Assembly: GCA_039683575.1 (NCBI GenBank)
Contig: JBDKRC010000207.1
Location: 1 to 39,441 of the forward strand
Direction of reading: 5' to 3'
Origin: Armatimonadia bacterium
Lineage (GTDB): Bacteria; Armatimonadota; Zipacnadia; Zipacnadales; UBA11051
Length of the DNA stretch: 39,441 bases
Both the position numbers and the translations under genes were made by a program. Within the stretch, counting starts at the first letter, position 1. Each line of letters opens with the position of its first letter. The notes below the pieces were generated by a model. That model was not told the origin of the DNA. It saw nothing but the letters and a program-made list of their open reading frames with translations, and did not search any database. Shown piece after piece: positions 9,298 to 17,482 of this stretch.

Positions 9298-10278
9298 TTA
9301 CAGTTTCCACGGGGGGCGCTGGCGGAACTTGTTCTCGAACTTGTTGGTTAGCTTGCCACGCTCTTCGAGATGGATGAAGCAGGCTCGTTGGCAGCCGCGG
9401 GCGTGACAGACCGTGCCGGGATGGTGAAAGCTCTCCCAGGTGTTCTTGCTGTACGGGGTATTGCGGCCCATGCCCCAGAAGCCGCCCTCGTAGGCGATCA
9501 TTTCGCTGCGCTCGTTGCCCGGAGGCATGTCAATGACCTTCTGGACCTTCTCGGCGTAGGCTTCATCCATGAAGGGGCCATACTCGGGGCTTGAGACCTG
9601 GTAGATGAGGGCGCACTTCTCCTCGTCCAGCTTGCCCCATTCGATCTCACGGCCGGCAACCGTGACCTTGATGCTCTCGGTCTTGTTGATCGCGCCGCCG
9701 GGGCATTCGCCGACACAGAGCTTGCAGCGGTCGCAGAGCGTGCCTGGCTCTACGATCGGGTCGGGATCGAGCGGGGCGTCCGTGAGGATGAACGCAAAGC
9801 GCTGGCGCGGGCCGAACTGCGGGGTGAGGAAGACCTTGCTCCAGCCAATCTCCCCCATGCCGCAGATGTAGGCGGCGATGCGGAAGTGGATGAAGACGTC
9901 AGGCTTGGGGAGCCCCTCAGCAACGGGGCGGCCGGCGCCGGTGCCCAGGCGGACGCTGGTGTTCTGGTAGGGAATAGCCTCGTAGCCGTTGTCCTCGATG
10001 AAGCTGGACAGGCCGCGCAGGGCCATGGGGGCGAAGACGTCGTTGATGTTGGCGTAGCCCATTGAGGGCAGACCGGCGAACCACGTGCCCTCTTCGGCGC
10101 CACGGTACAGGCCGCGGTGGACGCGGAAGCCCAGGCCGATGATGGTCTTGGCTCCGGGGAAGATGTAGCGGGGGTCGAACTGCAGCGGAGCGCCCTCGAA
10201 ATGCTCCATGAGGCCAATTCCGACGATATCGGCTCCGGCTTGCAGGGCGGCTTCCTTGACGGCGGCGGCGGTTAGCAT
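9298..10278 (-). CDS. Epoxyqueuosine reductase (QueG)/reductive dehalogenase-like 4Fe-4S protein
   Basis: GADIVGIG, AAYICGMGEIG, LTPQFGPRQRFAFILTDA, CDRCKLCVGECPGGAI and a C-terminal CHARGCQRAC. Confidence 0.75.
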   Translation of the reverse strand: MLTAAAVKEAALQAGADIVGIGLMEHFEGAPLQFDPRYIFPGAKTIIGLGFRVHRGLYRGAEEGTWFAGLPSMGYANINDVFAPMALRGLSSFIEDNGYEAIPYQNTSVRLGTGAGRPVAEGLPKPDVFIHFRIAAYICGMGEIGWSKVFLTPQFGPRQRFAFILTDAPLDPDPIVEPGTLCDRCKLCVGECPGGAINKTESIKVTVAGREIEWGKLDEEKCALIYQVSSPEYGPFMDEAYAEKVQKVIDMPPGNERSEMIAYEGGFWGMGRNTPYSKNTWESFHHPGTVCHARGCQRACFIHLEERGKLTNKFENKFRQRPPWKL

Positions 10279-10346
10279 TGGGGGTTACCTCGGCTGATTT
10301 GAGCTGTCGGCTTATGACTGGTATCCCCACACGCCAGGACTGTGGA

Positions 10347-11528
10347 TCAGGACATTGAGACGACTTCAGCGCCGCCAGCGGGTTCGGCGGCGAAGATACG
10401 CGGTTCGCGGCTGGTGGCGGCTTCGTAGCGCGGGGCGACGTAGCGGGCAAAGCTCTCTGCGGCGCCTCTTTCGACCGCGGCGAGGGCTGCCCCGCCAAAG
10501 CCAGCGCCAACCATGCGCGCGCCGAGGCAGCCGGGATGCTGGCGGGCCAGCTCGCACATGATGTCGAGTTCCTCGCAACTCACTTCGTAATCGTCACGAA
10601 GGCTGTAATGTGAGGCATTGAGCAGGCAGCCAAAGTCTTGCCACCGCCCGGATGAGATGAGCCCGACGGCCTGCAGCACGCGGTCATTTTCGGTAATGAC
10701 ATGGTGGCACCGCCGGAAGATGACGGGCAGAAGGGCGTCGCGCTCGCCCTGCAGCATCTCGAGGGTCACCTCACGCAGGGAGGCGACGCCGAAGTGATTG
10801 GCCGCGCTCTCGCACTCCGAGCGGCGCTGGTTGTAGGCCGAGGCGGCGAGGGTTCGTGGCTTGCTGGTATCGCAGACGAAGAAGATCGGCGAATCTCCGT
10901 TGAGCGGCACGAGCTTGGTCTCGAGGCTGCGACAGTCCAGCAGCAGGGCGTGGTGGGCCTGGGAGAGGCCGACTGCAAACTGGTCCATGATGCCGCAGCG
11001 GACGCCGACGAACTCATTCTCGGCCCGCTGGCACAGCAGCGCCAGGTCGCGACGGGATAGCTCATGGGACTGCAGTGAGAGCAAAGCGAGTGCGCAGGCC
11101 ATTTCGAGCGAGGCGGACGAAGAGACCCCGGCGCCGAGGGGAAGGTCGCCGGTGACGAGCAGATCGGCACCGGGGACGGGCACGCCGATCTCGGCGAGAG
11201 CCCAGACGACGGCGCGGATGTAATTGCCCCAGTGGCGCTGCTTGTCATGGCGCAGATCGCCCGGGTCGAACTCATCTTCCTGCTGCATGGCCTCAGACCA
11301 GACGCGCACGCGGCCCCGGGCGGGCGCCGCGACGACCCAGGTGGCGCGGTTGATGGCAATCGGCAGGACAAAGCCCTGGTTATAGTCAGTATGCTCGCCA
11401 AGGAGGTTGAGGCGACCGGGGGCGCGGACAACGACGGCGCCCTCAAAGTCACGCTGCAGACGCTTGGCAAAGGTGGACGCGAGGCTAACCCGCTCGCCCG
11501 CCGTGAGTTGATTTCGGATATCTACCAT
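10347..11528 (-). CDS. galK: Galactokinase
   Basis: APGRLNLLGEHTDYN, PLGAGVSSSASLE, CGIMDQ and GARMVGAGFGG motifs. Confidence 0.95.
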   Translation of the reverse strand: MVDIRNQLTAGERVSLASTFAKRLQRDFEGAVVVRAPGRLNLLGEHTDYNQGFVLPIAINRATWVVAAPARGRVRVWSEAMQQEDEFDPGDLRHDKQRHWGNYIRAVVWALAEIGVPVPGADLLVTGDLPLGAGVSSSASLEMACALALLSLQSHELSRRDLALLCQRAENEFVGVRCGIMDQFAVGLSQAHHALLLDCRSLETKLVPLNGDSPIFFVCDTSKPRTLAASAYNQRRSECESAANHFGVASLREVTLEMLQGERDALLPVIFRRCHHVITENDRVLQAVGLISSGRWQDFGCLLNASHYSLRDDYEVSCEELDIMCELARQHPGCLGARMVGAGFGGAALAAVERGAAESFARYVAPRYEAATSREPRIFAAEPAGGAEVVSMS

Positions 11529-11588
11529 ATGCGGATTTGGACGACGAACGCGGGGTGAGGGGTCACCCTGGCGTGTCAGAGGGTCCTT

Positions 11589-12230
11589 TCAAACTGTACT
11601 GAGCGCCTCTTGGGCGGCCTTGCGGCCCCACAGGATGCGGTAGCCGCCGGTAATGGTCCTGGTGTCGGTTTCCGCGAATTTCTGGGCCATGAAGCGCTGG
11701 AAGGTCTTGGCGCCCTTGTTCGTCGGAATGACCAGCCAGATTTCGCCGCCGGGACGCAAACGCCTGCCTGCGTCGTCGATTAGCCCCTCGACCGCAGTAC
11801 GGCCGGCGGCAAAGGGGGGGTTCGAGATGATGACATCGAATTGGCGCTCGCCGAGGGCTTCCGGCGCGGCGCCAGTGATGACTTCAACGTTGGCGAGACC
11901 GAGTCCGGCCCGGTTGCGCTCGGCCAGCGCGGCGGCTCGCTCGTTGACCTCGACCAGCGTGACGCGGCAGGTGGGGCAGGTGAGCGCGGCGACGAAGCCG
12001 AGTATGCCGTAGCCGGCGCCCCAGTCAAGGACCTCCGCACCAGGAGGCAGCTCCATGGTCTGCGCGAGTAGCTTTGTGCCGCGGTCAAGCTCCCCATGCG
12101 AGAACACGCCGCGGTCCGTCCAGAGGGTGAGGGTCAGGCCACGGACCTGCATCGTCACCTGGCGCGGGGCCGATGGGGCTTTGGGCTTCTCGGTGAAGTA
12201 GTGTTCGGTTGGAGCGTTGGGTGTTGGCAT
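11589..12230 (-). CDS. Class I SAM-dependent methyltransferase, RsmC/YbxB-like (MTS family)
   Basis: EHYFT, TDRGVFS..LDRGT, VLDWGAGYG and ISNPPF motifs. Confidence 0.85.
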   Translation of the reverse strand: MPTPNAPTEHYFTEKPKAPSAPRQVTMQVRGLTLTLWTDRGVFSHGELDRGTKLLAQTMELPPGAEVLDWGAGYGILGFVAALTCPTCRVTLVEVNERAAALAERNRAGLGLANVEVITGAAPEALGERQFDVIISNPPFAAGRTAVEGLIDDAGRRLRPGGEIWLVIPTNKGAKTFQRFMAQKFAETDTRTITGGYRILWGRKAAQEALSTV

Positions 12231-12268
12231 TGGGTGCGTACGTGGATGACAATAGCTGGACTGGCGGC

Positions 12269-12292
12269 GGCGGGGTACGAGCCCCCGGCGAC
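12269..12292. repeat. Single REP-like unit related to the ispE insert
   Basis: GGCGGGGTACGAGCCCCCG versus GGCGGGGTACAAGCCCCCG at 16824. Confidence 0.7.
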
Positions 12293-12310
12293 GCAGACGT
12301 CGCTCCGGCC

Positions 12311-13030
12311 CTACTTGGCGACAGGGCGGCCGGTGAGAATGGCTACGCCGGGCTCGATCTCAACCTTGTCGACGTAGAGGCCGGTCTGCTTGGGCGACAG
12401 CTTGTCGCTGTTGCCCTGGACTTCCTTCTGTACCCGCTCCACCACTGAAGAGGGGGCGGGGAAGCTGCCCACGAGCACCTGCTCGACCACGAATTGCACT
12501 CCGCCGTTGACGATCATGGGTGTGGCGACCATGGTGACGTTGAGGTCGCGGCCATGAAACTGGCCCTCGGCGGTGATATAGGCGCGGTCATTGCCGAAGT
12601 AGGCATTCATCTGCTTGATGGAAGGGTGGGCGGGACGGGCCGCGATCATCTCATTGAGTTCCGCGTCGCTCACATAGAGCGTCTGCGTGGAGTATGAGCC
12701 GGAGCGGGCGGCGACCTGAAGCTGCTGGAGTTGCTGCGGAAGTGGCGGAGTGCCCTGCGGGATGTAGCGGTTGGCTTCGGGCGCGGCGGGGGTGGCCGGT
12801 GCGGCTGCGTCCCCGCGGGCAGTGGCGCCTGCTTGCTGTGCGGTCTTCTCCTGCTCGATGCGGCGGGTAATCTCGCGGGGGAGCCGAGGGCCGCCGGTGA
12901 CCATCGCGTAGATGAGCGCGACGGCGATGATGGCGAGCAGTACCAGCCCGCCGCAGCCGATCATGATCGCTCTGCGGCGTCGTTCGGATTGCACTTCGGG
13001 ATCAACGCGGGCGGCGATCTTGCGGGCCAC
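12311..13030 (-). CDS. Hypothetical single-pass membrane protein
   Basis: GTG start with GAGGGAGG SD. N-terminal TM helix after RRRR. C-terminal beta-rich domain (SDAELNEMI...). Confidence 0.7.
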   Translation of the reverse strand: MARKIAARVDPEVQSERRRRAIMIGCGGLVLLAIIAVALIYAMVTGGPRLPREITRRIEQEKTAQQAGATARGDAAAPATPAAPEANRYIPQGTPPLPQQLQQLQVAARSGSYSTQTLYVSDAELNEMIAARPAHPSIKQMNAYFGNDRAYITAEGQFHGRDLNVTMVATPMIVNGGVQFVVEQVLVGSFPAPSSVVERVQKEVQGNSDKLSPKQTGLYVDKVEIEPGVAILTGRPVAK

Positions 13031-13046
13031 GGCCTGGCCTCCCTCG

Positions 13047-13607
13047 CTAGCTGTTAAAGCGGTTCATGGCGACGTCGATGCCTTCTTTAGCGAAGACCTC
13101 GACGCCCTCGGCGGCGCGCACGATCATGTCGTCGACCCGGTCTGCCTCGCTCTTGGCGAAGCGGTCGAGGACGTAGTTGATCGCACTGGCGCCGGGGCGG
13201 GGCTGCCCGATGCCCAGGCGCAGGCGGGCGATCTGGTCGGTGCGCAGGTAGTGGATGATCGAGCGGACGCCCTTGTGTCCGGCATCGCTGCCACCCCGGC
13301 GGAAGCGGATGACCCCGAGGTCGAGGGCGAGTTCATCGTTGATCAGCAAAACGTCGGCGGGGGTCAGGTGGTAGTACAGGAGCAGGCGCAGGACGGCATC
13401 GCCGCTGTCATTCATGAAGGTCTGCGGCTTGACGAGCAGGCATTCCTGGCCGCCAATCTGGCCCCGGCCATATAGAGCACGGTGGCGACGCCGGGTCACC
13501 TGGATCTGGTTTCTGGTGGCCAGGAGGTCAACAACGCGAAACCCGACGTTATGCCGGGTTTCTGCGTAATCTGGACCTGGATTGCCGAGGCCGACAAGAC
13601 AAAGCAT
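13047..13607 (-). CDS. pth: Peptidyl-tRNA hydrolase
   Basis: LVGLGNPGPDYAETRHNVGF, KPQTFMNDSG, GGSDAGHKG and RLRLGIG motifs. GGAG SD before ATG 13607. Confidence 0.97.
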   Translation of the reverse strand: MLCLVGLGNPGPDYAETRHNVGFRVVDLLATRNQIQVTRRRHRALYGRGQIGGQECLLVKPQTFMNDSGDAVLRLLLYYHLTPADVLLINDELALDLGVIRFRRGGSDAGHKGVRSIIHYLRTDQIARLRLGIGQPRPGASAINYVLDRFAKSEADRVDDMIVRAAEGVEVFAKEGIDVAMNRFNS

Positions 13608-13718
13608 GATGGTCTCCGCAAGGATTGAAGCAGCGGAAAGCGAAGCGGCAGGCACGCATAGCGACACGACGGCCGCAGTATACGGTCACGAGATCGCGAG
13701 CGCACCCGAAGGTGGGAG

Positions 13719-14354
13719 CTACTCCTTGCCTTCGGCGGCTTCCTCGACGGCCACTGCGGCGCCCTCTTCAGCCTCGGCCTCGAGGGTCTCGGCCTTAGCG
13801 CGGCGGGAGATGCTGGCGACGTCTTCGTCGGTGCCGGTGAGAATGACAACACCCTCGGGCACAACGATGTCGCGGACGTGCAGCGAGTGGCCGACGTGCA
13901 GACCAGCAATATCGAGCTCAATCTGCTGCGGAATGCTGGTGGGCAGACACTCGACGCTGAGTTCGTGCACGGACTGCTCGAGCACGCCATCTTCCATCTT
14001 CACGCCAACCGCTTCGCCAACGAGCACGAGCGGGACGTTCAGTTGGACCTTCTCGGTCAGCGAGATGCGCAGGAAGTCTACGCTGAGTACCTCGCGGCTG
14101 ATCGGGTGGCGCTGGGTGTCCTTGAGCAGAACGCCCATGCCGGCCTCTTCAGCTTCGCCAGCAATGTTCAACTGGGCGACGTTGCCGTGATGGCGCAGGA
14201 AAGACTGCATGTCCTTGGCGGCGATGAGCACGGGAAGGGGTTCCCCGCCATGCCCGTAGACGACGCCGGGAATAAGACCTTCGCGGCGATAGGCTCGTGC
14301 TGAGCCCGTACCGATCTTGTCCCTCCGCTGTGCCGCGATGGCGAACTGTTCCAT
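13719..14354 (-). CDS. rplY: 50S ribosomal protein L25/TL5 (Ctc form)
   Basis: R..G..SARAYRREGLIPGVVYG, QRHPI...VDF and the TL5 C-terminal domain. GGAGG SD before ATG 14354. Confidence 0.95.
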   Translation of the reverse strand: MEQFAIAAQRRDKIGTGSARAYRREGLIPGVVYGHGGEPLPVLIAAKDMQSFLRHHGNVAQLNIAGEAEEAGMGVLLKDTQRHPISREVLSVDFLRISLTEKVQLNVPLVLVGEAVGVKMEDGVLEQSVHELSVECLPTSIPQQIELDIAGLHVGHSLHVRDIVVPEGVVILTGTDEDVASISRRAKAETLEAEAEEGAAVAVEEAAEGKE

Positions 14355-14460
14355 GATAAGCCTCCAAACGTAAACTGTGGGGCGGCGGCGGGCGATCCGG
14401 GCCGCGGGCCCCGCGAGTATAAGACCCTTTAAGCTACTTGCGTCGTGTTGCAAACTGCAC

Positions 14461-14484
14461 CAGTGGCGCGGGCGGCTTGCCCGC
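14461..14484. repeat. REP-like unit, family GTAGCGCGGGCGGCTCGCCCGC
   Basis: CAGTGGCGCGGGCGGCTTGCCCGC; 2 mismatches to 23473-23496. Confidence 0.7.
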
Positions 14485-14503
14485 AGCACTGGACATGGGA
14501 AGC

Positions 14504-15481
14504 CTAGAACATCCGCTGCTGGCGGATGTGGTTCTGTGACAGGCGGGCGCTGACCGACCGGTCGTTGTGGATGCACTCGATGGCGTCAGCCAGGAGCGGG
14601 GCCACCGACAGGACCTTCAGCCCCGGGAACTGCTTCTCGGCAGGCGTCGGGACGGTGTCGGTGATGACCACGCTCTTCAAGCGAGAGTTGGCCAGGCGCT
14701 CGACCGCGGGGCCGGAGAGAACGCCATGGGTGGCTGCGGCGTGGACTTCGGCTGCGCCCCTTTCGAGGCAGGTCTCAGCGGCCTGGCAGAGCGTTCCGGC
14801 GGTGTCAATCATGTCATCTATAAGCAGCGCGCGCTTGCCCTGCAGGTTGCCGATGGTCTCGATGACCTCGACTTCGTTCGGGCGCGGGCGGCGTTTGGCG
14901 ATGATGGCCAGCGGCGAATGGATGTCGTCGGCCAGCATCTTGGCGTTCTCAACGCCGCCGACATCGGGCGAGACGACCACCGTGTCATCACCGCCGAAGC
15001 CCTGCTCGTGGCAGTATGCCGAGACGATGGGCCGGCCGGGTAGCTGATCCACGGGCAGGTCGAAAAAGCCCATGATGGGGTCAGCGTGCAGGTCCATGGC
15101 CAGCACGCGGTCGGCCCCGGCGGTAGTGATCAGGTTGGCCACAAGCTTGGCGGTGATAGGCTCGCGTCCGCGGATCTTCTTATCCTGGCGGGCGTAGCCA
15201 TAGTACGGCAGTACCGCGGTGATGCGATCGGCCGACCCGCGCCGGCACGCATCGATCATGACCAGGAGTTCCATCAGGTTGTCGTTCACGGGAGAGCAGG
15301 TCGGCTGGATGATGAAGACATCGGCGCCGCGGACGCTCTCCTTGATGGTGACGCGGACCTCGAGGTCGGAGAAGCGGCCTACGTCGGCGCGATTGAGTTC
15401 CAGCCCCAGTTCTCTCGCCACCGCATCGGCCAGCGGCCGATTGGCATTTCCGGTGAAGATTCTGAGTTGCCCGTGGTCCAC
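14504..15481 (-). CDS. prs: Ribose-phosphate pyrophosphokinase
   Basis: PYYGYARQDKK, MDLHA, VVSPDVGG and LIDDMIDTAGT motifs. Confidence 0.97.
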   Translation of the reverse strand: MDHGQLRIFTGNANRPLADAVARELGLELNRADVGRFSDLEVRVTIKESVRGADVFIIQPTCSPVNDNLMELLVMIDACRRGSADRITAVLPYYGYARQDKKIRGREPITAKLVANLITTAGADRVLAMDLHADPIMGFFDLPVDQLPGRPIVSAYCHEQGFGGDDTVVVSPDVGGVENAKMLADDIHSPLAIIAKRRPRPNEVEVIETIGNLQGKRALLIDDMIDTAGTLCQAAETCLERGAAEVHAAATHGVLSGPAVERLANSRLKSVVITDTVPTPAEKQFPGLKVLSVAPLLADAIECIHNDRSVSARLSQNHIRQQRMF

Positions 15482-15560
15482 GGTCTTACTCCGGCTGGTT
15501 GGCGCAGGAAATCTGCGCCCGGATTGGTATGCCTGGCAAAGCTGCCGGGCAGAAACATAT

Positions 15561-15635
15561 TGGCTGGGGCGGAAGGATTCGAACCTTCGAATGCGGGATC
15601 CAAAGTCCCGTGCCTTACCGCTTGGCCACGCCCCA
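15561..15635 (-). tRNA. tRNA-Gln(TTG)
   Basis: Reverse complement is TGGGGCGTGGCCAAGCGGTAAGGCACGGGACTTTGGATCCCGCATTCGAAGGTTCGAATCCTTCCGCCCCAGCCA: anticodon TTG, T-loop GTTCGAATC, encoded CCA. Conserved position upstream of prs. Confidence 0.97.
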
Positions 15636-15638
15636 GTT

Positions 15639-15673
15639 CAGTTGACAGCTATCAGTTGTCAGTTGTCAGTTGA
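15639..15673. repeat. Heptamer tandem repeat (CAGTTGT-like x5)
   Basis: CAGTTGA CAGCTAT CAGTTGT CAGTTGT CAGTTGA, immediately 5' of the tRNA. Confidence 0.8.
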
Positions 15674-16445
15674 CTGTACTTCTGGTGCGGCAGAAGGACT
15701 GGCGGGCGGCTATCAGGTCGGCTTCGGAGTCTACATCGAAGCCGCATTCGGCGAAGGGCAGGTTCACTGTGGCGCAACCGCAGCCGAGAAGCTCCTCGGC
15801 CCGCTTGACCACGTCGTCTACCGACAACATGCCGAGTGCGAACCGCACGAGGAAGCTGCCGCCCAGGATGCGGGCCATGGCGATCTTGCTCTTGCGCGCG
15901 CCGAAGGCGGCCATCACGAGCGGGCCGCATTCCTCAACGAAGCGGCGGGAGACCACTGTCACACCGGCCGCGGTATAGTTGCCCTCTTTCAGACGAATCG
16001 CAGTACGCCGCGTTTCAGGGTACGCCTGGCGCGTCCGCTCGACCTCGACCATGGCGTAGACCATGTCGGCGTCGGTATGGGTCCGCGCCTCGTCGGCAAA
16101 GTGGCGCACCGCCTCAGGCGTGAGCAGCGGCATGTCACAGGTGACCAGCAGGGCGCGGTCCACGTCCGGCATGGCATTAAAGCCGGCCTGCATGCCACCA
16201 AGAAAGGTCGGGTCCTCGGACTCGGCCAGCGGGATCTTACCCGCGAGAGCCTCGGCGACGCACCCGCCCTTGCGGCAGGCCACAACTACCTGGTCGACGG
16301 CACCGGAAGCCTGCACGGCTTCGGCGACGCGCTCGATCATGCTGCGGCCTTCGATATCAATGAGCGCCTTATGCGCGGCACCGACTTTGCAGGCGAGCTT
16401 GTCGGCTTCGCCATTGGCCATGATGATAGCGCCAAGTTTGTGCAT
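15666..16445 (-). CDS. MobA-like nucleotidyltransferase (NTP_transf_3) family protein
   Basis: AIIMANG, HKALIDIEGRSMIERV, LLVTCDMPLL and FDVDS motifs. Start taken at ATG 16445. Confidence 0.8.
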   Translation of the reverse strand: MHKLGAIIMANGEADKLACKVGAAHKALIDIEGRSMIERVAEAVQASGAVDQVVVACRKGGCVAEALAGKIPLAESEDPTFLGGMQAGFNAMPDVDRALLVTCDMPLLTPEAVRHFADEARTHTDADMVYAMVEVERTRQAYPETRRTAIRLKEGNYTAAGVTVVSRRFVEECGPLVMAAFGARKSKIAMARILGGSFLVRFALGMLSVDDVVKRAEELLGCGCATVNLPFAECGFDVDSEADLIAARQSFCRTRSTVN

Positions 16446-16474
16446 GTCGGAAGCTGTCTCTTTTCGGGTGCGGC

Positions 16475-17482
16475 TTAGGCCTGCGGCGTCACAGTGAGGC
16501 CACAGGTTGTCGGCTGAGCGGCTACCGCCCAAGTGCCCTCGGCGTTGAAGGCGGCGACTGCCGCGGCGGCTGTTGGCTGGTCCTCGAAGACCCCGAAGAC
16601 GGCGGCGCCACTGCCGGAAAGCATGGCCGTTTGGGCGCCACGCAACAGCAAACGCTCGCGCAGGGCGCGAGTGTCTGGCCAACGCTCCTCGACGACGCGA
16701 GCGAAGCCATTATACAAACCCGCAGCCAGTTCGCGCAAGGCGGAACCTGAGCCGGTACGGTGGCTCCGCTGTAGGGCGGGGGCTTGTACCCCGCCGTCGG
16801 GCGCAGACTGCTCACAGACACAAGGCGGGGTACAAGCCCCCGTCCCACAGCCTGAAGCGGTCGGTCCACCTCTACGGAGCGTCTCCACACAACGCGCGGT
16901 GCGGCTGCCGTCGGAGTAATCTTTGGCCCGGAGCAGGCCATAGGCCTCTCTGGTGCTGACAGACAGGCTCGGTTTGGCGATGACCAGCCAGCCTTCAGTC
17001 AGCGGCGGCAAGGGCTCGAGGCATTCCCCTCGGCCGGTGCCCAGGGCGGTTCCGCCCTGTAAGAAAAATGGTACGTCGCTGCCAATGGCGGCGGCGAGAT
17101 CGTGCAGGCTTTCCAGGTCGGGCTGACCGTGCAGAGTTGCCAGGCCAAGCAGCGTGCCCGCAGCATCGGCGCTACCCCCGCCCAGACCTGCACCTACCGG
17201 AATGTGCTTGTGCAGGCCGATGGTGACGTCGTGCCGCCAGTCGGTGGCCTCGAAGTAGGCGCGGGCGGCGCGGTCGCACAGGTCCATGCCGACCGGGGCC
17301 GGCGAGCCGATCATTGTGACCGTCGGGTGCCGCGATTCGGCACCGCGCTCGATCACAAGCTCATCGGACAGGCTGACGGACTGAAAAATCGTGCGCAGTT
17401 CGTGGTAGCCGTCAGCACGGCGGCCGATGATTTCAAGGGTCAGGTTGATCTTGGCCGAGCAACAAACGCGGACGCTGTTCAT
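16475..17482 (-). CDS. ispE: 4-diphosphocytidyl-2-C-methyl-D-erythritol kinase, with a ~40-aa in-frame palindromic insertion
   Basis: AKINLTLEI, GYHEL, KHIPVGAGLGGGSADAA, IGSDVPFF and MLSGSG motifs. Confidence 0.95.
   Translation of the reverse strand: MNSVRVCCSAKINLTLEIIGRRADGYHELRTIFQSVSLSDELVIERGAESRHPTVTMIGSPAPVGMDLCDRAARAYFEATDWRHDVTIGLHKHIPVGAGLGGGSADAAGTLLGLATLHGQPDLESLHDLAAAIGSDVPFFLQGGTALGTGRGECLEPLPPLTEGWLVIAKPSLSVSTREAYGLLRAKDYSDGSRTARCVETLRRGGPTASGCGTGACTPPCVCEQSAPDGGVQAPALQRSHRTGSGSALRELAAGLYNGFARVVEERWPDTRALRERLLLRGAQTAMLSGSGAAVFGVFEDQPTAAAAVAAFNAEGTWAVAAQPTTCGLTVTPQA
16768..16851. repeat. REP-like doublet inside ispE
   Basis: GCTGTAGGGCGGGGGCTTGTACCCCGCC (16768-16795) and an inverted copy (16824-16851), 26/28 identical. 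Confidence 0.85.

Noticed and set aside
8763-9377. Short ORFs in the pilC to Fe-S gene gap
   Set aside because: They translate repeat DNA (RGWKPLVR / SGFQPR recur at 32432-32680) and show no protein signal.
15561-15635. tRNA as an integration site for an island
   Set aside because: No integrase and no duplicated tRNA 3' end; flanking genes are conserved housekeeping.
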